NCBI GenBank assembly: GCA_964234715.1
Contig: OZ174280.1
Strand: one strand, 5' to 3'
From: Podarcis melisellensis
Taxonomy: Eukaryota
Length of the DNA stretch: 64,000 nucleotides
In this document: positions 12,430 through 24,401 of the stretch, one piece after another
Numbering within the stretch: position 1 is the stretch's first letter
Layout: every line of letters begins with the position of its first letter
Made by a program: the position numbers and the translations under genes
The notes under the pieces: model-generated
Seen by the model: only the letters and a program-made list of their open reading frames with translations
Told to the model about the DNA's origin: nothing
Databases searched by the model: none

Positions 12430-13280
12430 ACGTATGAACACTTAAGACACAGGGAGGCAGCCTTGATGTGACGACAGGGGTGTTGCACGCATTTAGCAGT
12501 GTCCCTGTTTCCTTCGCCGACTTGCCGGAGGATTTGCTTGCGTAAAAGAATGTACCTTCCGTGCTTCTCTTCAAAACACAGACGTCCATTAATAGGGCAG
12601 ATTTTGGGGGAGACGCCGAGCGACGGGAAAGGAAGTGCTGCTTTGTGCCGGGGACGTTTATAGCCCTGCGTGGGGATATGGGGAGTGAGCAGTTGCGTCT
12701 CGGGAATTGGGCTCCTGGTGGTGTTAGAGGAGGGGCTGAGGGAGATCGCATCAAGCCTAGTGGTATTTGCGGCGCGAAGAAGAAAGCGTGGTAGCAAAAG
12801 CAGAAGTCCCTAGTCCCAGACCGCTCTTTGCTGCCCCGTTGCCATGAGAACAGCTTCCTCCCCCTGAACTCTCACCCCGCGCAGGCCGCGGCGACGCCTG
12901 GTCACATGATCGGAGCTAACATGGCGGCGGCCGCTGTTATGGGGAGCTGATTGCAGGTGCCGGGGCCGTTGCCTGCATCCGCCCTCATCCCCGGCCATGC
13001 AGAGCGAGAGAAGGGAACCCGGTGGTCGAGAAGAGGTGCGAGCGGGGCGCGTCTGAGAGGCCGGAGCGTCTCTGGGGCCGGAGCCGCCAGGGCAGGAGAT
13101 GGGGCTTGTTTACATCCGAACGGGGGTTGGGCCATCATCCCTGAGGTGGGAGGGGTCTGCTTATATCCATATCCATAAACTTGGAGGGTGCATTTTTTTC
13201 ATTTAAGGACGAGGCATACCCTCCTCCCATCTTCGGGGCCGTGCAGAACGGCTTTGTTTATCTAAGGATGACACGGGTCC
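12430..13280 (+). promoter_or_regulatory. Intragenic CpG island / alternative internal promoter of RNF220
   Basis: The only strongly GC- and CpG-dense stretch in an otherwise CpG-depleted window. It contains an RFX X-box-like GTTGCCATGAGAAC (12838-12851), an E-box GTCACATGA (12901-12909), a YY1-like AACATGGCGGC (12918-12928) and a candidate donor CAG|gtgccg at 12956/12957, about 850 bp upstream of exon B. Confidence 0.8.
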
Positions 13281-13801
13281 CTGGAGGGGAAAGACCAGGA
13301 GGAGGTTGTTTATTTTTGGTATCTAGGAACTAAGAGCAATACTGGTATACTTGTTCATTTGTAAGGAGATTAATTTATAGCTAAGCCAAAGCTAGACAGC
13401 AGGCTGTAGGCTGCTTTCCCCCATACAGTAGTCTTGTAGGCTGAGGAATTAGGGAGTGGGGAAGTGGTATGGAACCTTGCAAGCAGTTGGGATGAACTAC
13501 ATTTAGGGTGCTGTGGATATGTATATTTCGACAACAGCCAAGTCAGAGGAAATGTGGGTGTATTTGTGTTTTAAGAAGTTATCTGGGGAAGATTAAATTG
13601 TGGTATTGGTTTGAATTGGTAAATATAGGCAACACCCAAAAGGGAAGTTTGTCAGGTAGATGAGAGTGCTGTGGTGGATTTTTCTAATCTAATTCCCCCA
13701 TACACTCCCTAAGACTGCTTCTCAGAATGGGGTAAATAACTCTGTGGTTTTCTCACCAGCAAGTTCCTAATGCTTTTTTGCTCCTGATCTTATCTTAACA
13801 G

Positions 13802-13844
13802 ACCTTCTTGCGAGTGAGAGCAAACAGACAGACCCGGCTGAATG
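13802..13844 (+). CDS. RNF220: RNF220 coding exon B (43 nt): TFLRVRANRQTRLN(A)
   Basis: Acceptor tcttaacag|ACC; donor ATG|gtgagt; phase 0 to 1, continuing exon A in frame. Confidence 0.95.
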
Positions 13845-15439
13845 GTGAGTGCAGAAGAAATCCTGTACCATTTTCCCCCTTGTTCCAAGATGAAGACTTT
13901 CATTATCTGGGCCTAACAAGTATAATGCTTCCTTTCTTTACAAGATTCCTGAACTAAATATGCCCCAAAGGGTTAAAGCTTCAAATCAATCATTTGTATT
14001 CCTAACACGTTTTGTTCCTCTCTGAACCCTGTCTTAAGTTGCTGCCCCTGGGTTACATTTATGTAGGCCTCCCAATGACATTGCTTTTCAGGCAGCTTGC
14101 AAACATAAAATATAATGCGGTAAAACAACAATTGCAGGAAATTATTGTCAGCAAAGGTAAGAGAGAGAATCATTTACTCAACATTATTAAAAACACACCA
14201 TGTGGAAGCAGTAGATTACAGTTCAAAACTTTAAATAATCACAGATCTGAAAATGCTTGGGAGAATTATTTTTTTTAAGTATTTTACCTGGCATTGAAAT
14301 GGCCATAAAGAGGTGGCAAGCAGGCCTCTCTGAGGAGGGCATGCCACAATTGGGGTACCACCACTTATTGTTAAATGGCCTGGTTAATATTGCAAAGGAG
14401 AAATTATCAATGCCAAGTAGAATAATTATTTTACTGCTTGCCATTTTAAAAATAATGATTTACTTATGGGTGTAATGAGATTAGTCTTTTTTCCCAATGG
14501 CATTGTTTTCACTTGGTTACCTGTTATAATCTCCAGCTGTCAACAATACCTGCTTACAGCTAAAAAAATACATACAACTATAATTCCTGTTTGTTTCATT
14601 TATTACAACTTTTTTAAATTCCACCTTTCTTTCAACACCCTCCCCCAATGCTGTTTTGAAACAATGTGCAGGATAAAAGCCTTTAATATCTCACCTGGTT
14701 ATATGGACCTGATACCTCAGTAATTTGCAACTTGGAGCTGAACCTAACTATTACTACTGTGTATGTAATAGCAGATTCCATAATTTTTGGTCTTAGAATA
14801 GACCTGCCTTCAGAGAAGTAATTAATTCAAGATGTATTTTGTAATTTTTATCCAATAGTACGTAAAACACAGTGTATTGTCACTAAGTAGGAATAATTTT
14901 TCAAACATTTTGTATAGTGACCCTTTATTTTAATTGATTCTACTTCCACTGCCAGTGAACAGAAAAACATGTATTTTTATCATCTTTAATTTGGTCAAGA
15001 GTAAAGATTATGAAAATTCATCCCTGAGAAGTTAAGAGCAACTTTAAATTATCCTGACAGTGCAGGAGGAAAGTTTCCTTGAATTCTTGAATGCCAGCAA
15101 GATTCAGAGCTGTAACATACTATGTTGGATAAAAGGAGAGAGCTCTTGAATTAATGAGGACTGTGCACTATGTAGTGAATACACGTGATCTGACTTTCAC
15201 ATACACAACTACAATATATTTCTGCTACTGAATAATTCTAGGATATGATTAATGAATACAATTGCGGTATTCTATTGATCATCTTGCAAACATTTCCTTA
15301 GGACACTTGGAGCTATTACTGGAAATGATTATAGCAGAATGCTAATATTTTTCAAAAAGAACATGATCATTTTTTGAAAGCAGACCTAGGTTTTGCCAAA
15401 TATATTGTATGTTGGCTGTATTTGGACATAATGCTAAAC

Positions 15440-15575
15440 CAGCATTTCCCAACTTGGTTGCCTCCAAATGCTTTCAACTTCATTTCCCATCTTCCCCAAC
15501 CACTGAGCACCCTGGCTGGGGTTAATGGGAGTTGGCATTCAAAGAATCTGATGAGCATCAGATTGGAGAAGGCTG
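15440..15575. mobile_element. Non-autonomous hAT (Charlie/MER5-like) MITE
   Basis: Ends CAGCATTTCCCAAC...GATTGGAGAAGGCTG, flanked by a perfect 8-bp TSD TGCTAAAC (15432-15439 and 15576-15583). Related decayed copies lie near 1925-2040, 49365-49490 and 54788-54928. Confidence 0.8.
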
Positions 15576-16984
15576 TGCTAAACCATGGTCTTGCATTATA
15601 AGAACAAACCTCAGTAAACCTTGGGCCAGTATACCCAACCCTCCCCTCTGGCTTGGCTATAACAGGAAGATCATCACCAGTTTAACATGTTGTGTAAACC
15701 ATAAGCTGTCATTAGTTTTAACTGTGGTTGGCTTAAATAAATTATCATCACAGACGTATGATATGAAGTTGTCTTGTTTCCACTAACTATAGTTTGACCT
15801 AGTTCAGAGGACACAGCAATCTGCAATGCATCTAAAACCAGCATTGAAAGTTTCCAAACTCTTCTGCATGGCTGTGGTAGTGATAGGGGCATGAGTCCTG
15901 GGCAACCTGTTGTTCATTCTCACAATGCTAAAGTGTGGTTTAATATTGCATCTAAACCATTTCATTGTTTCTGTGTTAGATCATTGTGAGTGTTTGGTGT
16001 CCCATCATAAACACATCACTTGCTCTTCTTCCTCATTATCTTTACTAACTGCTATGTTGTGTTAGTTGTATATCTTGTGGTATTTGAAGAACAGCTAAAG
16101 TTATAGGATAGTTGGGAGTCTAAAATCAGCAAGGAAAAGACTGGAGCTTGGGTCTTAAGTCCTACAGTGCTTTGATTTTGCTTTGATTTGTTAAGTCACA
16201 TAACATACAAGATTCACATTCCTCTTTCAGTCCCCCACCCCACCTTTTCTATATACCTGAACACCATTACAGTTTCATTCTTTGGAATACTGTTATTAGT
16301 CAAGCAGAACTAGCCCAGCCATAAGCTTAAGTAACAATAATGATTATCTGCCTAGGATTAGCAATATATGAGTAGTTCAGAATCCTTCAGTTGGAGATTG
16401 CTTTACACTTGCTAAACAACTTAATCAACTCTTGTATTTTTGTTCATCCTTCCTTCAGGTTATTTTTAGTCTAGATTGGCACTTTCTGTAGACATAGGCA
16501 ATTCATTTATCTTTTTACTTTGGGGTTCCACTGAACTCTCGGGATAGAAATCTCTCATTGAGACTGTATTTTGCCACACCACTGTTTCCAAAGTCTGTCT
16601 CTCTTTGTAGTCTTTTACAAGGACTTGGTCAAGATGTCTTTGAAGATCCAGGTGTGGTAAAATTCTCTTTGCAGATCCTCCCCTTCAACCAACTCATTTT
16701 TTTTTGAAAATCAGTAACACTTCCAGCAACACAGAGGTTATTGTAAAGAGACTAGAAATCAACTGATCTCTGCCAAATGGAGGAAGTGAGTAGATTAGCT
16801 TGCTGTTTCTACCTCTATACTTTATGTTAATGGGCTAATGTCTGTACCTTGGAGACTACTGTTGCAAACTCATTCCCATGGAGACACTATAGAACAGAGT
16901 ATTGGATTAGATGGGCTTTTGGCCTGATCCAGAGGTGGACTGTTATTATGGTTTCAGCTGATGGTCTAAAGCTGATGGAAGGCA

Positions 16985-17665
16985 CTCTGCGTCACTGAAG
17001 TCACCTGAGCCTCAAGGGACAGCAAAGGATCCAGAAGCACCACCAAGATGTATCCGCTCCTTGAGAGGGAGTATAACCCCATCAGGAGCAGGCAGCTTCT
17101 CTTTCATCTAGTCTAAGGAACTACCCACTAACAATGCCTTTGCCTTATCTGGATTGAGGTTCAGTTTATTGGCTCTCACCCAATCCATTACTGAGGCAAG
17201 ACAACACAGCACGTCCACTACCACACCTGCAGATATAAAGGAGCAGCAGAGCTGTAAGTCATCATCAGATTGCTGATTAATGTACTTCAAAACTCTGGAT
17301 AACCCCAGTCAGCAGTTTCATGCAGATGTTAAAAAGCATAGGGGATAAAATTGAACCCTGAGGAACCGCACACTGAGGGCTCCACATTGCTAAAGAGCAT
17401 CTCCCAAGCATCACCCTCTGGAAACAACCATCCAAGTAGGACCAGAACCATCACAAATTGGTGCTGCCCACCCCTATCTCGGACAGCTGCTCTAAAAGGA
17501 GACTCTGTGTGATGGTATCGAAAGAAGCTGAGAGATCAAGGAGAATTAACAGGAACACATTTGCCCCGCTTTTCTCCTGACAGAGATAATCATTCAGAGT
17601 GGCCATAGCAGTTTCTGTGCCAAAACTGGGCCTAACCACCATTTGAAATGTATCTAGAAAATCAG
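16985..17665 (-). mobile_element. Decayed L2-clade LINE ORF2 (reverse transcriptase) fragment
   Basis: Translations RPSFGTETAMATL...LILLDLSASFDTI, a GSILSP-type stretch after CGSS, and WVRANKLNLNPDK are recognisable non-LTR RT motifs, broken by frameshifts and stops. Confidence 0.88.
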
Positions 17666-19633
17666 GTGAATAGGAGGCTTTGCCTGTACTAGATATTGCA
17701 TAAGATAAAACTTACTTTTATGTTTCTTTTGTTTGTTTCTACTCTCTATTCCATGACTTGGTCAAAGGCCTTAGAAGGTCCTTTGTGAGAAGCCATGTTA
17801 GAAGAGTGCTAGTTCTTTTGGTGAGTTTTTTTTAAAAGTGGGATGCAAATCTACGCAGATCACAATAGCTGACTCTCTTCATTTTCCTGTGCCTCAAATA
17901 ATTTAGCAAATAGTGATAGCTGCAAAAGGTGCACCACCTCTTTATTAGCAGAATTAGAGGTGTTGGAAAGATATGTCTTTGAAAAATCTTTGACCTTGAT
18001 ATTGCTTCCCACTTAGAGTAGTTGTATGCAAAGATGGCGGTGGTAAATTACACATATCAAGGGGTGCAGCAGCAGATCTTTAAGGATGGGCAGCTTCACA
18101 TGAGACAGTCCTTCATGTAGCTTGGTTTCAAGCCGTTTAGAGTTTTATAGGTAACAACCAGCACTTTGAATTATGTTCTGAAATGGATTGGAAATTAATG
18201 TTGCTGATGGAATAAAAGGTTCACATGATCCCATCACTTTGAAGTGATGAAGAACCAATGTGATCATTCCTCAAATACAATCATGCACACTCTACCAAAC
18301 ATAGGACCTTCATTTTTTACTTCATGAAAATAAACTCTAGTTTGCCCAGTAATTCTCAAACCTTGCTTCAAGCTGTCAGTCATGAACATTTCAGTTTGTT
18401 TTTGTGTTTGACTTGGACCAATCCCACCTGTTCTGAAGCAGAACAGAACAATGCTGGAAAGAAAAAAAGACAATTTTGTCCAGTGTTCAGATCCCTATAT
18501 TCCCATAATTATTCACATAAATTGTCATGGCTATTTGTCACTAAAAAAAAAAAATTCTTATAGACTCTTAAAAAACAACAACCTCTAGAGTTAAAAAGAA
18601 AAGAAAGAATGGAAGAAAGCATGCAAAATGTATATAATGTGAGAGAAAAATGCAAGGCCTAGTTATAAGAATGCCCAAATAATGTAAATATCACTCTATT
18701 AATTAGTTGTAAAGTAACATGTTTTAGTGGTCACATTTGCACCAAGTTTTAGAAAATATATGAAGAACTATTAATGAAGAAAAAGATACTAAAATTAAAT
18801 ATTTGGCATTTTTAAATGATTAAATTAAAAAATTGGCATTTTAAATTATTTAAATCAATTCACTCTGACTAAAGTAGGTCTCAATATCCAGAAATCCTAA
18901 TGCATCTCACAACAAACTGTTCAGGTACCTTGTTAGACCTCGTATCAGCACTGTACTTGGGACATGCATGCAGTCTTGTCCAGCACAAGAAACTGAAATG
19001 GAGAGGACTTGAACCAGTAATGATTGGCAAGCGGTCAGGACTGAGTGAGGAATCTGCCGGCATTGCATCTTTAGCAGCAGCAGGCTGATGGAATCTACTC
19101 TAGAAGCTTCAGGATGAATAAATGGATAGACGAAACAAGTTAGGGGGTTAGAAGTGATATTGACTGGGCCTCTTTAGCACAACTGGGTGCCTAGGATAGA
19201 TGGGGTGCAGAGTTCAAGCTTGGGTTTTTGTGCCTAAATGGCAGACAAAACATAGATTAAGCATATACAAGATAGGTATGTAAGAGAACTCAGTATGAAT
19301 TCCATGCTTCCACCCAGCAGCTGAGCTCAGCTTCAGAAGAGTTCCAGGGATCTGCTGCACAGTACACGTGGAGGCATGGCAAGATAAAGGCAGGGGATTT
19401 GTGAGAAAATGAAGCAGAATAAGAAAAGACTTCAGAAAAGGAGGAGTGCTCCCATGCCCAGTAAGAATCATGAGAAGCCTACTTGTTTCCTAGAAAGACC
19501 TGTCAATCAGGAGCATAACACATGATAAACTCCCTTAATAGAGCAAGAAAACAAGAGCCTGATAAACATGTCAGTAACATAAAACATGTCAGTAACATAA
19601 AAGATCGAACTAAGCATTAGTTCTTCTATCTAT

Positions 19634-19869
19634 GAGAGCCAGTGTGCTACAGTGGTTAAGAGTGGTGGACTCGTAATCTGGGGAACCGGGTTCGCATCTC
19701 CGCTCCTCCACATGCAGCTGCTGAATGACCTTGGGCTAGTCACACTTCTCTGAAGTCTCTCAGCCCCACTCACCTCACAGAGTGTTTGTTGTGGGGGAGG
19801 AAGGGAAAGGAGAATGTTAGCCACTTTGAGACTCCTTCAGGTAGTGATAAAGCAGGATATCAAATCCAA

Positions 19870-19901
<32 letters not shown>

Positions 19902-19910
19902 ATCATCATC
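19634..19910 (+). mobile_element. tRNA-derived squamate SINE (Squam3-like), near full length, with (CTA)n/(CAT)n tail
   Basis: Head GAGAGCCAGTGTG...AGTGGTTAAGAG (A box), GGGTTCGCATCTCC (B box), tgaccttgggctagtcac core, and 3' end ...GATATCAAATCCAAA followed by a simple-repeat tail. Confidence 0.85.
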
Positions 19911-19914
19911 TGCA

Positions 19915-20292
19915 ATACGTCAAGGACCACCTCTCCATATGAACTTACTTGGACCCTGAGATCATTTTCTGAGGCCCTTCTTCATGTACCTCCTCCACAA
20001 GAGGTCTGAAGGGTGGCAACACGAGAATGGGCCTTTTCTGCAGTGGCTCCCCATTTGTGGAATGCTTTCCTCAGGCTGGCACCTTCATTACACACTTTTA
20101 GGAGCCAGGTGAAAATGTCCCTCTTTAACCAGGCCTTTGGCTGAGTGACATCTGATGCTCTTTAAAAGTATGTTTTGGAAGTGGGGATTATTGAGGAGTT
20201 TGTGTTTTTATTATGTATTTTGTGTCTTTTATGTTGTGAACTACCCTGAGATCTACAGGTATAGGGTGGTATACATTTTATAAATAAATAAA
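19915..20292 (+). mobile_element. L2-clade LINE 3' end
   Basis: gggccttttctgcagtggctcccc...tggaatgc motif, ending ...gggtggtatacattttataaataaata. Confidence 0.7.
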
Positions 20293-23200
20293 TTGGATCA
20301 ACAAAATAGAGGCTGTCACAGATGAGTTCTCAATGTGGAAGGGCAGGTCTCCCCCTGTATTTTAGGGTCCAGGCATAACAGTGCAGCTGAAGTAACTTTC
20401 TGCTGCAACTCAAGGGCCAAAGTCAGTGTAGTCCAGGGTGAGCCACGGCCGTAATGAAGAGGGAAATTTGGCAAGATAGATTGCTTGACATTATGGACAC
20501 GCTGGTGCACTGGCATCATTAATGTAATATAAGTGGCCTCCTTGCATCCTGGGTGAGAACTGGAATAAAGAAGCTTTTTTTAGAAGAGATCCACACTTAA
20601 ATGAGGGACATTTAAGTGAAAGTCTTTTTTTCATTCTGTTTTATATTCAGATTTTTTTTTAAAAAAAAACCCTGTGACTTAAGGGTAAGGAAAAATCAAC
20701 CCAGCCCCCCTCTTTGCTCCTGCGACAGGAATACAGGGGAGAAGGATTAGCGAGCTAATTAGAAATGATTGCATCTATCAGCACTAATTAACAATACTGT
20801 GGTCTCACTTGTGTGTTCTTTTGAGCTGTTCTCCTTCGGGACAGCTCAGCAGTTGCCCCCCTTCCTCTGGGGCTCCTCCATCCCTCCTACGTTGATTAGA
20901 AGTGATAGTTGAGCTCTATAGTAGCAATTGGAAATTCTGTTCAGTGGCTTTCAAACAGCCCCCGTTTTTTCTCTCACACACTCCAGATCCACCTCTGCCT
21001 GTATCAAGCTACTGCAAAAGGTGTTGGAACAGAAACTTTTTGTTAGCTTCTTAACTCCATTTACACTTTTGTTCATGCTGCTCTTACTTTGTGAGCAAAG
21101 CAATTTTTCTTTGCCCAGTGTCTCATGGGTCTCTAAGGTGGACTGGGTTGCTTAGAGCCCCTAATGCTCTTATTTGCTGGATGTTGTTGAAAAGTTTGCC
21201 AGCTGAGGCACAAAAATCCTTTGCATTAGTACTGTGTGTGTCATGATAGCACACTAGCAATGATGACAGAAAAATCTGCTGACATATAACCGGTTCAAAA
21301 AGATTAAGGATCAGTATAATGACAGGTCTAAAAGTTTTGCAAGGGCACTTAAAATTCAAGTTTAGTTTTTCATTAAGTGGACTTTTAAGTTTATAGAAAT
21401 GATTATTCATGGACCCTGAGTTTTTATGAAGTGGTTTTCAAGTTCTTTTTCCGTTATTCTCACACCAGACTTATGGAATAAGTTACATTATGTCCATAGG
21501 GTTTGCAGTAAATTGTTTTACAAATCATGCCACTGGGAGTCAACAGGGAATGTTGCCCCAGCTGCTCCTTGAGGGCAATGAGAAATATTTCTGAAATCCA
21601 GGTGGTTCGAACCATGCCTCATACATATTGAGGATCTGAGCGAGTATGACATCGGAGGGGAGTCATTATTAGCTCTGGATTTGGTAGTTGAGACCCACAA
21701 ATGCAAGTCAGGTGGGTAAGACATACAGATTTAGGACAGATTTGCAAATCATATTCCTTGGGTGAATTAGGATTACCTTCACCTGCCAAAGTGAGAGAGC
21801 CCTGTGTGCAGCTTCTTGTGGGAGGGCTCTTGCTTCCACCTTGGAGAAAATGTCCAAGAAAGCAACCTCTCTAACGGAGACCTGCCAAAGATGGAGCTGC
21901 AGTCAGGAGATAGTGCCTGAAACTGTTTCCTCTTCCTTGTTTCCCAGAAGTGTGAGAGAAATAGTTAGGTGTGCCCCATCCAGAATGGACTATCTCTCTT
22001 CAGAAGGCTGCATCAACTCTTCTCATTCCTGTACTCATTCCCACATGCCAGAAAGGAGCTTTGTTATTCTAAACACAGTGCGTTAGCTGTTTAGACTTGC
22101 CCTCTTTTGTCTTCCTTTCCCTCCTGGAGAAGGGGGGACAGAAACTTTGAGTCCTCTTAGCTCCACTTCAAGTATGATGGAGTTGGCTTTTTTGTTTCTT
22201 GAGAGAGTGTTTTAGTTCTAAGTATAGGAGGGAGAAAGTGGGCAGGTGCCCGTTAGCACTACACTGTATAAACAGCCTAGTGATAATGGTAGCTGCACCT
22301 CTCTGCCCTGTGTTCTTCAGGTGGGGAGAGGAGCTCTAGAGTAATTGGAGTGAGGATAGTGGCGATGGCTCAGGCAAATGGGTTGCAGGTGGATGCCTGA
22401 TCCTCCTCTGCTGATTAACTAGCCTGTATTGCCAGCCCAAAGTGCTTGAATTTGCTTATATGTTAACTCCAGAGAAAAAGGCCCCAAACAGAAAAAAATT
22501 AATACCTTTATTGAGTCAACATTGGTCTGGTTAAAAGCTTTTGCTGGATTCCTGTATTGCCTCCTTGGGTTATGACTAAAAGCCTACCCTGCTTATGGCA
22601 TTTGTCTTATTTTCCAGTGCCTCCCTTAATTTAGTTTTTGGGTCCTTTCTTCCCACTTGGTGTGTGCAGCATCTCGTTCTTGCAGTGCAGTTGCAATACA
22701 TTACAATTTCTGCAGCAAACTGGCAGGCTCATAATGTCAATAATTGTTACTGCATTAAGTGACTTCTCTGTCATGTCATCTCTTGTTACTACACAGAATA
22801 TCCTTGGGCTCTTATTTTGGTCTCTGTCAGAATTCTGACCTTCCTTATTAAGTTGTTCATTTCCCCTGTCTGTGATTGAAATATCTGATAATATTTGCTT
22901 AAAGCCATCTCTCGTAATGATCAATGTTGTTTTAATGCAAATTTTTCAGATGTTTTGTCCACATTTAATGAGGGTTCAAATTAATCAGCAGTTTGGTAAA
23001 GGAAAAAGTTCACCAGAGGGGCATGTCTCTTGAGCCTACAATAGAATTTTCTCCCCAAAAAGCAAACTTCAAGCTCCATAATTGGAATTACTTGTATATA
23101 TTCTGCATTGCTTCTGCTTGTAGTCATTTTGGGATGAGATGTAGGAGATTAGGGATAGAATCTGAAATTGTAGGATTGAGCAAAGAGTACAAATAGGGAT

Positions 23201-24401
23201 AGAGGGACATGGTGCTGTTCTAAGTGAAATCTTCTGAGCACAATTAAGTCCAGTATAGTCCTGCTGTGATTTCTAAATATTTACTGGAAACTGCCTGTGT
23301 GTGTTTGGGTCTTTTCTCCATATTTCAAAGCCTGCTTACCTTTTAAGCAGAAGCTCTCTTTCATAATTATAGAAATCATTTTGACAGAAACCCTTCTTTC
23401 TGACATCTTCACAGCTGTGCAGATTACTAGGCTCTTGGGGCTTCCCATTTATACTGATTGGTGTCTTTTCTTAGAGCAAGCTTCAGGTATTCATGTTAGT
23501 CTGCAGAAGTGTTTTGTGGCATCTTTTATAGCAGTTTGAAAACTGTTCTCTAGTCAGTATATTGTGAAACACAACTATTGAATAAGTCTGATTAGGAACA
23601 ACAGAGGCAAAAATAAAATTGATGACTTATCCTAGGGTGGATGCAGGAGGCGAATAGGACCCAACTAGTATCTTCATCCCGACAGTGTGGGTTTTGTATT
23701 TGCAGGAGATGCTGAACATGAAAATAGTGGTTCTTAGGCTTTCCCAGGGGAGGAACAGTATTATAAAGATAATGAAATCAGATATGCCCTTTTGAGGGCA
23801 AGGCACTTGGTTTTTGTTTGACTTAATTTCTACTGTGCCGTGAGGATGGTCGCTGTTTTTGTTCACTAGGGGGGCATTTGGTTAAATTCATTAAAGGTTC
23901 TGTAACTGCACAAGATGAAACTTGAGCACAGCTCCTCAAGATGAAGCAGGTGGTGTGTGGTGGGGAGGAAACCACCGAGGCTCGGTGGAGGAAAGAGCAA
24001 ATGTTTGCCTTGAAACCTTGCATCTATATCACACTCACTCTTTGTAGCTTTCAGTTATTCATATTATTTAATATGCACCTGCAGTTTTAAAGTTTCCCAT
24101 ATACAGTATCTTAAATTAAGCTCACAAATTCACAGTCTTAATAGGCATAATACAAAAGGAAAAAAGAAGGGAGAAGGGAGTAAGCATTAGAGCAGCAGGT
24201 CCTTAAAGGCCAATGGATGGGGCCAGGTTGGTCTCCCCATTGCCAGTGTTCTTTCTGAGAGGCATGAGATGAAGCCTCACAGGGGCTCTAGGCTTCCTGG
24301 CTGACAGCAGAAACTAGTATGTTCTTCCCTTTGGTTCCTCAGTCACTGGGCAACTATATAACCCATTGTGTTTTTCTTTTCTCTCTGCTTTCCTCGCATA
24401 G

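Noticed and set aside
12353-13178. Several overlapping ORFs of 62-140 aa on both strands in the CpG island
   Set aside because: Expected from stop-codon scarcity in GC-rich DNA; no recognisable protein.
21602-21715. Possible 114-nt cryptic poison exon with a strong GG|gtaaga donor
   Set aside because: The acceptor lacks a polypyrimidine tract, and nothing but the donor supports it.
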